Shown here in pieces: positions 25,380-36,529 of a stretch of 64,000 bases of DNA. Location: NCBI GenBank assembly GCA_036172245.1, contig JAYWIR010000002.1, positions 6,324,001 to 6,388,000 on the forward strand, written 5' to 3'. The notes under the pieces were generated by a model. The model made no database searches, was not told the DNA's origin, and worked only from the letters and a program-made list of their open reading frames with translations. Each line of letters begins with the position of its first letter. The stretch's first letter is position 1. Source of the DNA: Raillietiella orientalis (taxonomy: Eukaryota). Position numbers and translations under genes: made by a program.

Positions 25380-25830
25380 CAGATGCTCTCGTCCCGGCCG
25401 ATCCCAATCCCCCCATGCAGGAATCGGCGGCACCCCATAGCTGGGATCTCCGCTACCACATCCCGACACTCCCAAGGACTAGCTCCGCAGCGTTCTTTAC
25501 CCCGGAGACCGCTCTCCCGTTCGTTTTCCTGGGGCTGCTGGGGCTTGAGATGGCTCGCATCTTCGGCGCGGAGGCAACTGCGGACCCTCCGATGGCACTC
25601 GACAGCTCCGGACTTTATGCATGAGCGCGCGTGTTCGCTCCCGGGAATTTCCTTCCCAGAGGGGCAGTCTCGAGTGCAAGGTCCTCTGCTCGACCGAGCA
25701 GGGCCTCGCCGGCCCTTGCTACTCCATGGGAACGGCTGCCAATTCTCCTCCTGGCTCGTGCGCATCTTCCGGGGTGTCTGCACATCAACTCTCGCCACGC
25801 GGCAGCCGCACGAAGATGCCGCGCTACGGG
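25380..25830 (+). mobile_element. LINE RT remnant
   Basis: GISFPEGQSRVQGPLL...PLLLH resembles F.+..G.RQG.PL.P.LF. Confidence 0.4.
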
Positions 25831-26199
25831 AGAATCACCGAAGACGCACCTAGGCCAACTCCAGATGAAATGAAGGTACAGCAGACCTCAGCTACCGACC
25901 CTTCCCTATTTGAGTATGGACCGGGGTCATCTTTCACATGGGAAATAGGGGGAAGTGCCGACTACCGAAGACTTTTTTTCGTCGGGCCCTTGCAGAAAGG
26001 GGACCCGCCCCGAAGGAACTTTCGGAATCGCTCTCGGAATGGCACCTCGGAAGATATTATCATTGTAGCATTAGATTCTTCATTGATGGCCACCGCAGAA
26101 CACGCAAACACTCACACTGGACACACGTGCGGTCTGCGGCATATGAGTGGCCCCACGAACGATGCAGGTGGTCGGCTCCGACGCGGGGGAGGGGGAATT

Positions 26200-26593
26200 G
26201 GTCTTCAAGAGCCATAGCTTTACCTTTCCTCCTGCCTAGCTTTCCTGGCTTCCTTTATCCTTCCTTGGTAGCTCAGCATCCAGGAGTGTCTGCTGCTGTT
26301 TTCTCCCTCTCATCCTTCCACTCCCTTTCGCTCCATGATTTTCCCGGTTCTTGTGTGTTGATTCCGGTGCATACGAAGCGAACCCAAAGACCTTTGTTCG
26401 TCCCCCTAGATTTCCCTTTCCGCTGTCTTTCTTGTCCCCTCCCTTCTCACGTTTCGGACATCTCGATATCCCGACCTGCGGTGTATCTATCCCCCACCCC
26501 ACCCTTGAACGTCTTTAGTCTCCGATCGGGAACCAGTGCGTTCTCAACTGGTTTCTTTCCATAAAATAAACTTCCTGGAATAACCCAGTGAAA
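26200..26593 (+). mobile_element. LINE 3' UTR with terminal tag (same subfamily as 10669-11983)
   Basis: 26528-26571 differs from 11917-11960 at 5 of 44 positions; tag TTCCTGGAATAACCCAGTG (26572-26590) AAA. Confidence 0.75.
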
Positions 26594-26599
26594 GGCTTC

Positions 26600-26965
26600 A
26601 AGGTCCGCCTGCTTTCAGGTGCGCCGAATGGAAGCGCCTATCTCTCGGTCAAGGAGATGGGCGCGGCAATGCCGCGCTCAACTTGTTGACAGAATCGACC
26701 ACGTGTTTGTCCACAACCACCTGTGCACACGGGTGGGCAACCCAAGCGCGATGTGGTCGATGCTGTCCGACCACTCCCGACTTGCGGTCGAAATCCATCC
26801 GCGCGACAGAGGTCCACCCTCCTGAGCGTGGCTCCTGCCAGGCGATTGAATGAACCTCACAGGAGCACCTCCGCAAATTCCTACGAGGGCTCGAACTGAA
26901 GACGCCCAATGACTGGAACGACTTGAAACGCTCCATCCAAGAGTCCTGTGACCAGTTTCCGTCGG
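26600..26965 (+). mobile_element. LINE APE endonuclease C-terminus plus linker
   Basis: RIDHVFVHNHL...MLSDHSRLAVEI contains the RID+F and SDH motifs of APE-type endonucleases; followed by DWNDLKRSIQESCDQF (W..LK..I...C). Confidence 0.85.
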
Positions 26966-26999
26966 GTCGTCTGTCCCCAGGCTTAGGTGTTGCCTCCCT

Positions 27000-28883
27000 T
27001 GGAGCGTTTATTGACAACAAGAAACTCACAACTTCTGTGGTGGGACCTTCAGTCCCCACCACAGCCAATTCTACAAGGGTCTGCCGGATTCCCGGTACAC
27101 GGAACAGTGACTGTCACCTCGGCAGCGGTGGGAAGGAGGGAAAACAAAAAGAAAATAAAACAATAAATAAAAATAAATAGAAAACATTCTGGAAGATCGG
27201 AAGGGGTCACATGTCGCTTTGTCCTTTGCATCCTTTCCAGGATGCCGGCAATGTCCGTCTGAATAGGTCCCAGGTGAAGCCATCTGGCTTCCGTCCGCAG
27301 AAAAAGAACTGCAAGCTGGGTGGGGCGTCCGCTTCGCTCGATTCCTCTTCACCGTCTCTCCAGACCGCCACGATCTCACGGATGCAGCAAAGAGCCGCAA
27401 AGGCTGCGGCTGGCGAAAGGGATTCCCGCGTGAAGAGGAGTTGTAGAACGTCCGTGGGATTGCCGTCGGGGGGTCCGCAGGGTCGTGCCAAAGCATTCCT
27501 GCAGTGACCTGAAGGCAACACGGTATTCACAAGCAGGTGCGCGAGGGATTTCTGTTCCCCGCACCTGCGACGGTCCTGGCTTGCGCTCCCCGGCGTCCAG
27601 TGGTGTCGGAGTGCGTTGCAAGGATGACGCCAGTGCAGAAGTGCCGACTCTGGGCACTTCAGGGGGACGGCGCTACTGTCCTTGAGCACTGTGGGCCACT
27701 CTGGGTCTTCGAATGGGATGCCGAGCAGCTCGTCCCAGCGCTGTAATCCTCGTAGAGGGACACTCGGGGTAACAGCATCCGCCAGCTTCCCCATTGTCCA
27801 TCCGCTCATCAGCTTCCGCGTGCCTGCGATCTCCCAGGAGACTTCCCACATCGACCTCTGTCTGCCAACAAGTGCCCTCCTCAGGAAGAGCATCGTTGAC
27901 GCGAGGGTGGTCTGCTCACCCACGTGCTCATGTCGGGACTCTCCAGGATCTTCCGCAGAGAGCAGGGGGACTGGATGCCGACAATTCCACCGCTCCCAGC
28001 TGGGCTCCTCCAACTTCGCTCACGTGCCAACAGTTTCTTTTATCTGAGCGCTGAATTTGGCGGGCCAATAGGCCATCCTTTCTCCGCCTTGGTTGTTACG
28101 CGTCCTTCCCAACCTTCTCAGCTCGAGGACCTTTTCACCGTTCAACCCGGAACACAAGAGGAAAGGCGCAAGTTCTTCGGTTCCGGCTTCAAGACTGGCG
28201 AGGAGGCACGCAGGAACGCATCCAGGGGTTGCTGTAGCACTTCTCTAGCCAGGCTAGCCGGCTAGCCAGGACACTCGCTGGAGACTCACTGTCGTGAAGG
28301 ACTGTCAGCGAGTCTCCGACAGGACGACAGTGGGAATCGTAGACTTCAAGTGAGCCCCACAAATGCGTGCCCGGAAGGAGTGGAACGTCTGGTGGTGCTG
28401 ACACCGATCAGCATCTGCAGGAGAAAGATTCTTGCCAGCGAGCGGATCCACGTCAGCCTTCCAGCTAAGACCTGCATCTCCCGACATCCGCCGTGCAGTC
28501 CAGGTCTGCAGGCTGCAAGTGTCGGTAAGCTGGCACTCGCAGACCGGAGTTCCCAGTCGCCATACGAGAGTGAGCTGCCTGCTCCCACGATCGGAGCGGT
28601 CTCTGCATTCTTGACTCCCGAAGGCGCGGGAATTGTGGGGATGCTTCCAAAGTTGCGGGTTTTCCATTGTTGCTTGCCCCCCATCCTTCTTGCCCGTGAG
28701 GTCTTCTGTCTTCCCCGGGTAAGACGGCGGTCATTACGACGAAATGGAGGAAGTGGTCCCACTTCATTCTGCTGACGCTTTCTCGTTCTTCTTCAGCACT
28801 TGCCGACGGGTTCGGCTTCTGGAATACGCCAGGTATTTCGCGCCGAGGGGCGTCATGTGACTTCATTGAACAACAGTAAAGGA
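27000..28883 (-). mobile_element. Inverted duplicate of 15451-17104 with a different 3' UTR
   Basis: 27240-28883 appears to be the exact reverse complement of 15451-17094 (ends checked; multi-frame ORF translations identical); own UTR ending AATAAAC at ~27006. Confidence 0.9.
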
Positions 28884-29850
28884 GGAGACCACAAGGTAAT
28901 TCAAGTACCTTGTGGTCTCTGAAGGGGACTCCAAAGGGGACCTCTGGCTTATTCTCTTCGGAGGAACCCCTTAGGGATCCTGGCTCCACTGTTTCTTCTC
29001 CGAAGGGAACCCGGAATTTCGAGATGCGATCGGCGCAAAACCGGACAGGTCACCATCGCTCCCGGCAGCTTGTCCTGTGCTTCTTCCTCCCTCCACACTT
29101 CGCGCGCTTCCAAGTCCGGCAGCCCCCGACGCCTCTTCCATTCCAGGAACTGCATCTCGCGGCATTCCCCTAGGATGACTCCTTTCCCTCCGTGAAGATT
29201 CCTCTTCCCGCCTTCCACACTGTCCGTGCCACCCAAGGGTGCGTGCGGACTCTTAAAGTTAAAAGAAGGATCCCGGGGGACCACCCTATGGAATACAGGA
29301 AGGTCCTGGAGGAAGGAATTCGTTCCTCTCTCACTCTTGGGAGGGAACCCTCTCCCTGGTTGTCTCCGGAGGGAACCAGGAAAAGACCCTCGCCTTGTTA
29401 CCCTTCTGAAGAGAACCCTGAAGGACCGCTCACGAATCTCTCTGGATGGCTCTCCTCGAAGGGAGCAGCGCGCTTCTTGGGCATTCTGGAGAGGCAACTC
29501 CCTGAAGGGAATACCAAACAGTTCCATGCTTCCCGGTGGAAGGTCTCCCCCCCGAGGAAAGGGAACGGCCCCATTTTCTCAACCTGGAGGGAGCTCCAAA
29601 GAGAACTGACTCCTCGATTCCTGGGAAGAGTCCCAGAGGGTTGACTTCCAATCCCGAAGGCCAGTCAACGGGGACATCCAGCTTCAGCCAGTGCTGCCGC
29701 ACACGAGACCCGTGGGTCAACCAGCGCCGTCTTGTGGGGAGAGTCGAAACCTATGATACAGTCCTCATTCTCGGGGCGTCGACCTTCCCCCTTGGCGAGA
29801 TTCAAACCCGCGACGCCTAGAAAGGTCTCCTAAGAACTAACTCTGCGGCG
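28884..29850 (-). mobile_element. Family B element, longest copy
   Basis: Head GGCGTCGCGGGTTTGAATCTCGCC at ~29817-29794; ATG at 29527 (MELFGIPF...EIRERSFRVLFRR). Confidence 0.7.
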
Positions 29851-30606
29851 CGAAGGGCCGTTCTGCAGCGTCTCCAGCTGACCGAAGGGCAGCACAGTCC
29901 CCAGCCAGGAGTAGAAGAGGCTCCCATGTCCTTCCCACCCCGCCTGGAGAGTGGCAGCAGTGCGTCGGCGAGAGCCGTGTGAGACAACCCAATGCAAGGA
30001 TGCGGCTCCAGATGATGAGAATGCGGAGGCGGCCAGGGGTGCTCGTCCGGGAGGATGCTACTTCTCACCCCAAACGACCCATGGCTCCAGAGTGAAGGGA
30101 GGTGGGAAGGAGCTGCTGTTTGTGGGCTGCCGTGGGTGCTCGCACCGCTCTTGCAGCAGAGCGCGGCTTGCTCCGGTTCTGCTTCGCCAAGGACGGGTTC
30201 CTGGAGTCAAGGTCTGCCCCCCTTGAGGGTGGGATTCGATCGGCAAGGTGCTCAGGACTCCGCGCGCTTCCCGCTCTCTCGTCCGATCCCAGTGTTGGCT
30301 CCGTGCGGTCCTGAGAGGAAACGTTGGTTCCCCCTGCTTTGTCCTCACGAGCGCCCATCTCTGCGCCTTCGTCGGCCAGATAACGGCGCGCTGCTCGGGG
30401 CAGTTATCGCCCTCGAAGACAACCGAGTGACGGAGGCAGATAAGCCATTTGTCGAGAAGGGAGCCGGCGCTGGCTGATTTACGGCCATCTCACGTCTCCC
30501 GCTCCTCGAGACCGTCGCCTCCGCTTCGGAAGGGCCGTGAGAGCGCTCCTACGTTCGCCAAAGCTCGTCGTTGCCGGGGGAGCGAAAGAGGTCGGAGGGG
30601 GCTCGG

Positions 30607-31657
30607 CGTCTCATTCCCCGGCCAGTTCTAATGACCTCGGTGAATCGTCAAGGCAGGTCTTCCCCATGGATCGGGGAGGGGGCAGCACTTTGGGGTTCTT
30701 CCGCCGGCCTCCCGAGGCAGGGGAGTCGGCCGATCTCCCGCTCCTTCCTCTGTCGCGTCCGGGGACGGGATCGGAGCGTACAGCAACGCCGTCCAGAGGA
30801 ATCCCTCGAAAACGCGGCTCCGGGAAGACGGGACAGGACCCCTTCTCGACGGCCGCGTGGGAGAGGGAAACCGCCGCCTCAGCAGCGAGTCGTGTCCCCG
30901 GGAGACGACCTGCGAAGCGGAGCTCCGTGTAACGCCCAGAAATCCTCGAACGGAGCTCGAAGGCACCTATCGCAAGCGCAGTCTGGAAACATCGGTCCCG
31001 GGGGTTCTCTCTGAGTGGGAACCAAAGGAGAACTCCGTGGGTAGAAACCAGACACTTCCTTGAGGTCTGGATTCATCCCCATCCTCCCCCCAGTGAAGCC
31101 TGTAGTCTTAAGCGACCTCTCTTCTCCTTCTTCCCATTCTCTCGCCTATTTATCGGGGGTGGGTGGTTTTTTAAACTATTGCAGTCAGCCGGGACGACCG
31201 AGTTCATCCATGAGGGGTCGGGAGGTCGACAACGGCGCTCGGCCGGACCTCCGACGCGGGAGTTCGTGGAGATCAGATAAAGCCCCTCCCACCGATCCTG
31301 CCTTCCTGCTCCTGCTCTTCCTCCTCCTTCCTTTCTCTTTTTTTTTTCTAGAGGAGGGGAGAGGTGCAGTCGGAGATCTCCTGGAGCTCACGGGAGGGAG
31401 AAAAACAGTTTTCCGTCTCGAGGTGTCCAACAGTGGTCGCTTCCTCCTCGCAGGAGGAGAGAGAAAGAGAAAGGGAGAGGGTGGGAGGAGCCGATCCCGT
31501 TCCCGACGCGACAGAGCAAGGAGCAGGAGATCGGCCGACTCCCCTGCCGCGGGGGGCCGGCGGAAGAACCCCAAAGTGCTGCCCCCTCCCCGATCCATGG
31601 AGAAGACCTGCCTTGACGATTTACCGAGGTCATTAGGACTGTCTGGGGAATGGGACG
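30607..31657. repeat. ~167-bp inverted repeat pair (about 90% identical) around a ~715-bp spacer
   Basis: 30607-30774 vs reverse complement of 31491-31657; ORFs 30537 and 31185 share SSRQVF.MDRGGGSTLGFFRRPP. Confidence 0.9.
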
Positions 31658-32029
31658 TGTCCTTCACTTGGTCCACGGTCCATAATGGCCGTCCTGGGTC
31701 TCCGTCGTCACGAAAGAGGCGCGATTTCCCAGCCCGAGAGCTCCGCTGCTGAGGTCAACCAAGGAGGGAGGGCAATTGGCGGCTTCGAGCGTGCCTCTTC
31801 CGGTACGGTGCGGAGGAGACCCATCCGAGTGCCTCAAACCGGGAGATGGCCAGGACGGCCACCGTGGACCATCGCTCCCGGGACCGGCGAGGAGGCACTT
31901 CATTCCTTCTTCCTCCACCCGGTCCCCTCCCTGGACAGACCATCGCCAGCCATAGGGCTCATCTCTGTGAGGTCCGCTCGCCCAGTCCCATCTGCTTACT
32001 ACAGGCTTTCCCTCCCCGTCCGGAAATCC

Positions 32030-32224
32030 CTTCATAGTAGGGTTTTGTTTGTATTTCTCCTTTTGCTTGTCCCCTCCCCCTCCGCTGGCGAGGCAAACCT
32101 TGTCGACCTGCTTGCCGGTTACTCGGCAGTTTCCAAACATTCTCGGACGTTGCAGGGCCAATGACCCTATCCAAGGGTGTTTATTATTTTCATAATAAAC
32201 GCCCCTGGGCACCCGTGTGCGAAA
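32030..32224 (+). mobile_element. Short LINE 3' UTR with terminal tag
   Basis: CGCTGGCGAGGCAAACCT shared with the 6525-6720 and 18700 UTRs; AATAAAC then tag GCCCCTGGGCACCCGTGTG (32201-32219) CGAAA. Confidence 0.75.
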
Positions 32225-32489
32225 CCACGCGTGCTGCTGTAATCCGCTCCCTGCTCTGCGCGCGCCCTGCTTTTGAGCGCGCTCACAAGTGTTTCCAGAG
32301 TCCACATGCAGCGTAGCGAGCATGCTGTATGGGCGCATGCCACAGGCACACGCATGCATGTTGATGAATGGCAGGTGTCGGGAATCCCGCATCTGCATGA
32401 CCCGTGTTCCGCGGAGCCACGAACCCCCGCATGTCAGACCGTAAACCGGTTGTTCGGGATGCCATCGTGGCGGGTTCAGGTTGAAAGTT

Positions 32490-33555
32490 CGCTCGGTCAC
32501 GTCGGGGAGTTTATTTTATGAAAAGAAGCCAGTTGGGAACACGCTGGTTCCCTACGTAAGACAAAAAAAGCTAAGGGGATGGGTGCTCCTATACCAAACT
32601 CGGGATATCGTGACGTCCGGAATGGGAGAGGAGAGGGCGACTAAAAAAATAAATAAATAAAGGAAAAATATAATGTGTCTTTGGGTTCGCATACACCGGG
32701 ATCGATGTGCAAGAACCGGGATAGGTGCGGAACGCAAAGGAGTGGGAAATGAGAGAAAAAATAAAATAAAATAAAGGGAAGCTCGGGTCAAGGGTCACCG
32801 GTGTCCGCCGCTCCTTCACTTCAGGACCGGCGTTGGATGCCGGAGATCTCTTCCTTGTCTTCCTCTTGCAGGTGACACTACCTTGCAGCCGTCTCACGTG
32901 GGCGGCTGCCATCCCGGTGACCTCCCTTCGCCGCGTGGCCTTCTCGAGCACACGGCGCGCCGTGACGATGGCATCGCGATGGCCGTGCCCGTCGAAAGTC
33001 CTCCCGGCGCGAAGAACCGGCGCGGCAGGTCGCGTGCGATGTTCTCCTGGTCTCCTGGGAGCGCTGACTCCAGCCTCCGCCCACGGTTCCCGCATGGCAC
33101 CACAGTCCGAAAGCAGGTGCGGCGGGATCGACTCCGCCGACCTCCACCAGGAACAACAGTTCGGGGGGGAATGAGGGTGCCGGTGCTCGTTGCCCTGAAA
33201 CCCCAGTGCGGAAAGAGCAGCATAACCTGCTCTCAGGAGAGCGGAAACACAGAAGCGTCCAGGCATTGGGGAGGGAGCGCAGAAGTTTCGTCAGAAGTGG
33301 ACTCCACCGAAGGAGTCCCGTCTCCGCAGCACGCGGAGTGGCGGCATCTGCCAACCCGCGCGTCTTCCAAGAAGTTTTGTCCCTCCCTCCCCCGCGATGG
33401 TGCAAGGAAACTCCCAGCTCGTCTCCGTCTGGCAGCTGTTTTGGCTTGCCCTCAAGGCAGACAGTGCTGCAGCAAGGCCGTGGGAGACGTGGTGGCCAGG
33501 CTCGACCACTTCGCCGCGTCCTGCATCACTTCTCCCAAAGTTCGCGGTGGAAGAA
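32490..33555 (-). mobile_element. Inverted paralog of ~10920-11979
   Basis: 32509-33399 appears identical to the reverse complement of 11070-11960; about 11 mismatches over the next ~145 nt; tag TCCCCGACGTGACCGAGCG (32508-32490). Confidence 0.9.
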
Positions 33556-33688
33556 ACGACGTGCGCGGTGGTGGGGAGCATCACGGTCGCTCGCACGCCT
33601 TGTTTGCTGGGGGGAGGGGAGAGAGGAGGAGGGGGGAAGGGGAAAGAGAAAAGAGAAGAGTTTCGCATTTCCGGATTCGATTCGATTT

Positions 33689-34078
33689 TTATTCAAATTC
33701 GAGCAGTGGCGCGGAACTTCTTGATTTGTTTGGATTCAGAGATGCAACTTTGCTTAAGCAGAAATCAAACTTTAAATCGAAAACGCTTCCTTGCTTCCTT
33801 GTCCTTAAGAGAAAACCTGGGGTCTCAGTCAGATCATCCTTTCCTTCCATCGCGCTCGCCCCTTTGATGCTGTTGAAGTGGAATATAAATTTATTATTAT
33901 ATTGCATTAAGACTGTGGGTTCTGGCCAGTTCCAGTCATTTAAATCTACGTTATTTCCTGCTCTCCAGAGGCGCTCGTGTTCTCTTTCCTTTTTGTTTGT
34001 GGAAAAAGTGTGCAATTCGCTCCCTGATTTCATACATTTTTTATTGTTACATATTATTATACACTTTTTTATTTTCAA
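33689..34078 (-). pseudogene. Possible degenerate THAP-domain ORF in an AT-rich island
   Basis: KCIIICNN...LHTFS...ERLWR...WNWP...FIFHF follows the THAP C-x-C...H.FP...R..W...C..HF layout but lacks the Pro and the third Cys; non-ATG start. Confidence 0.3.
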
Positions 34079-34217
34079 TTCTTTTTAAAATTGCGCGACA
34101 TGCAAGCATTTTCGTGAGGGCACCATTCTGTCTTAAGATGGTGGCTATTCAAGCGGCGGTAAACTCATCTCTTCAGGGGGTGGGTGGTGTGGGAAGTGTC
34201 CGCTCAGCCACCGGAAG

Positions 34218-36330
34218 GTGAAGCAGTCACTCGAGCTCCCCTTGTGCTTGCTGGATCCTGGTGACGTTCTCGAGGGAGAGGAACGCACCCTACACCGACT
34301 TTTTCGGCGACTCGCGAACTTCTGCAGGATCGAGGGGATCCCGGTGGAATATCCGGACAAAGAGCACGGAGAAAAAGGCCGGGGAAAGGAGGCAGGACCG
34401 AAGAGGAGAGGAAGAAGATGTTCCTTCGAGCTCTCCCACCGCCTCCCGTCCAATCGCCCGCGCCACCTGGATTACTCGAGGAATGGCAGAAAAGAAGGAA
34501 AAAAAAAAAGGGATCACGGTCCTCCGCTGTTCCTGACCTTCGAAAGAAGCGACCTTTGCTGAGAGGCGGGGCACATCGGAAGCCGTCCGCACCCTCTTGA
34601 GCGTGCGCCTGGCGCGCAAATGCGGTCCAACGGCATGCCATTTTGCTCTTTTCGAAGATCACCGTCAGTCCATCCTCAGCTGCTGTCGGGAAATGCAGGC
34701 GAGCGCTGCGAAGGTTGGCCTCCATCTCCAGAGTGCGAGCCGTCCACGGCACCTAATTCTTGTGGCTGGGACCTCCGTTCTTCTGATGAGGGGGACGGGC
34801 ACTGTCACTTCGGCCGCTGACCCGTGCTGCTCTTGAGATGAATGCCTCCAGAGCGCTAGGTGCCGTGCATATCATCTCACCTCCAAGACATCGTCCCTCG
34901 CAGCATCCCGCGGTCCCAGGGAACCAGCAACGACTACCTCCACGGCTTCCGGGGCTGCCTCCGACGCGAAGCGGCGAGCCACTTCGCAATCCCTGCTCTC
35001 CTCTTTCCCGTGTTGAGTCTTCCGAAGCGCGTTCACGTGGACGCGCCCCGGCCAAGGCGACCGACGTGTCTTCGCGGGGTACCGCCAATCCTGGTTTTAT
35101 CCCAGAATCGCCATCTGGCACGAGCTGGTCGCGGGAGGTGCCACTGCTGCTGATAGTTCCCTTCATCCGACCGAAGATCCCGGCGCCGCTCCCGGTTCGC
35201 AAAAGCGGGGGAAGGTGCAGTGGGTTTGATGTCATGGCTTTCCCGGAGGCCCCGCACCTTCCACCTGTCCTTTCGGTCCGGTCCCTGGGAGGCGACGATG
35301 CACGCTCGGGCAGGAAGGTGACCCGTCAGCCGGTTTCCCATCCCGTGACGTCAGAGAACCGGGAGCGAGCCGCGGAAAAGTTCGATCGGGATTGGTCCCC
35401 CGGACCTACGAGAGAAAAAGGGGTCACGGGCTGTCGGACGTCCGGGTCGCACGCAACACCTCCCTCACCCTTGCTGTAGGAAACCCACGGGTGCTCAGAA
35501 TTTCTGGAGGTCTCGAGGGCGTTTTCGGCGAGCTCGCATTGCACAAAGAGCGGCCTCTGCAGGAGACCTTATACGGACCCAAGGTCGTCTCTGCCTCCTC
35601 CATCTTTGTTCTTCTCCACGAATTGCGATGGCTGATGCTGATGTGGGTTTCGAGTGGGGACTCTGAAACAAAAAGGACTTCCTCTGTGTTCCGGTTGCAT
35701 CTTCAGACGCTCGTCCGCCCGAACCCCGCGGGACCAAGTGGTGCAGGGAGGATGCTGACTTCGATGCTGCTCTCATCTCCTTCCTCTCCTCGTGGTCCTT
35801 GGATGGGAAAGATGGCGAGAACCCATCCACTGTCATGCTGGACCTTTTCTTCTGATGCAGCGTTCGTGCACCCAAATCCATCGACCACGGTTTGATCTTT
35901 CACGCAGATGGCGTGCTTCTGGGTACCCGGAAGCTCCGCCCAGTTCACTCACGAAGCTGCCGACTCCTGTTTCCTTTCCCCCCGTGATGCCAGAACTGAA
36001 AACACGCTGCCGACAATCAGGAGCTGCTGGGGGTTTGGATCTTCTGACGAGTCCGATCCCCGGAGGTTGCGGGCGGGTCCGCGTGTGTCGCGAAAAGAGC
36101 GACCTCGAGGAACATGGTTCTCGCGCAAAAACGACGCTGAAAGCGCCGCGCACACGCACGGATTCTTCTTCATGACCTTTTCCGGGTATCGCGAGAAGAG
36201 TTCCTGGACCACCCGCAGCCGTTTTCTGTTAATTGAGGACCGACAGCATGCTGCTTTCCTCTGCCACGCCGGCGGGGTGCTTCCTCGGAAAAACTCAGAA
36301 TGGAAGGACTGCTGAGGAGGCGGAGTACAG
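34218..36330 (+). mobile_element. Decayed LINE RT to C-terminal region
   Basis: LCLLDPGDVLEG...LFRRL (LD..KAFD-like); FALFEDHRQSILSCCREMQASAAKVGLHLQ (post-ADD / SGL.+N-like). Confidence 0.55.
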
Positions 36331-36529
36331 ACAAATTCTGGGATAGAGAAGACCCGTCACCTCCTCCGCCTAACTGCCTTGTTCCTTCCTTTGCTTTTTG
36401 CAGGTTCCTTCATTACGGGGGATTGCCCAGCCTTCCGGTGAGCACGCCGGGAACACCGTATTCCTGTGCACGTCATGTTTCCGGCTCACTCACTGGTACA
36501 CCGTATTTGTAGATCTCTGTTTTCGATGT

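Noticed and set aside
32883..34088. 401-aa ORF
   Set aside because: Antisense to a LINE fragment and then runs through low-complexity and AT-rich sequence; no coherent protein.
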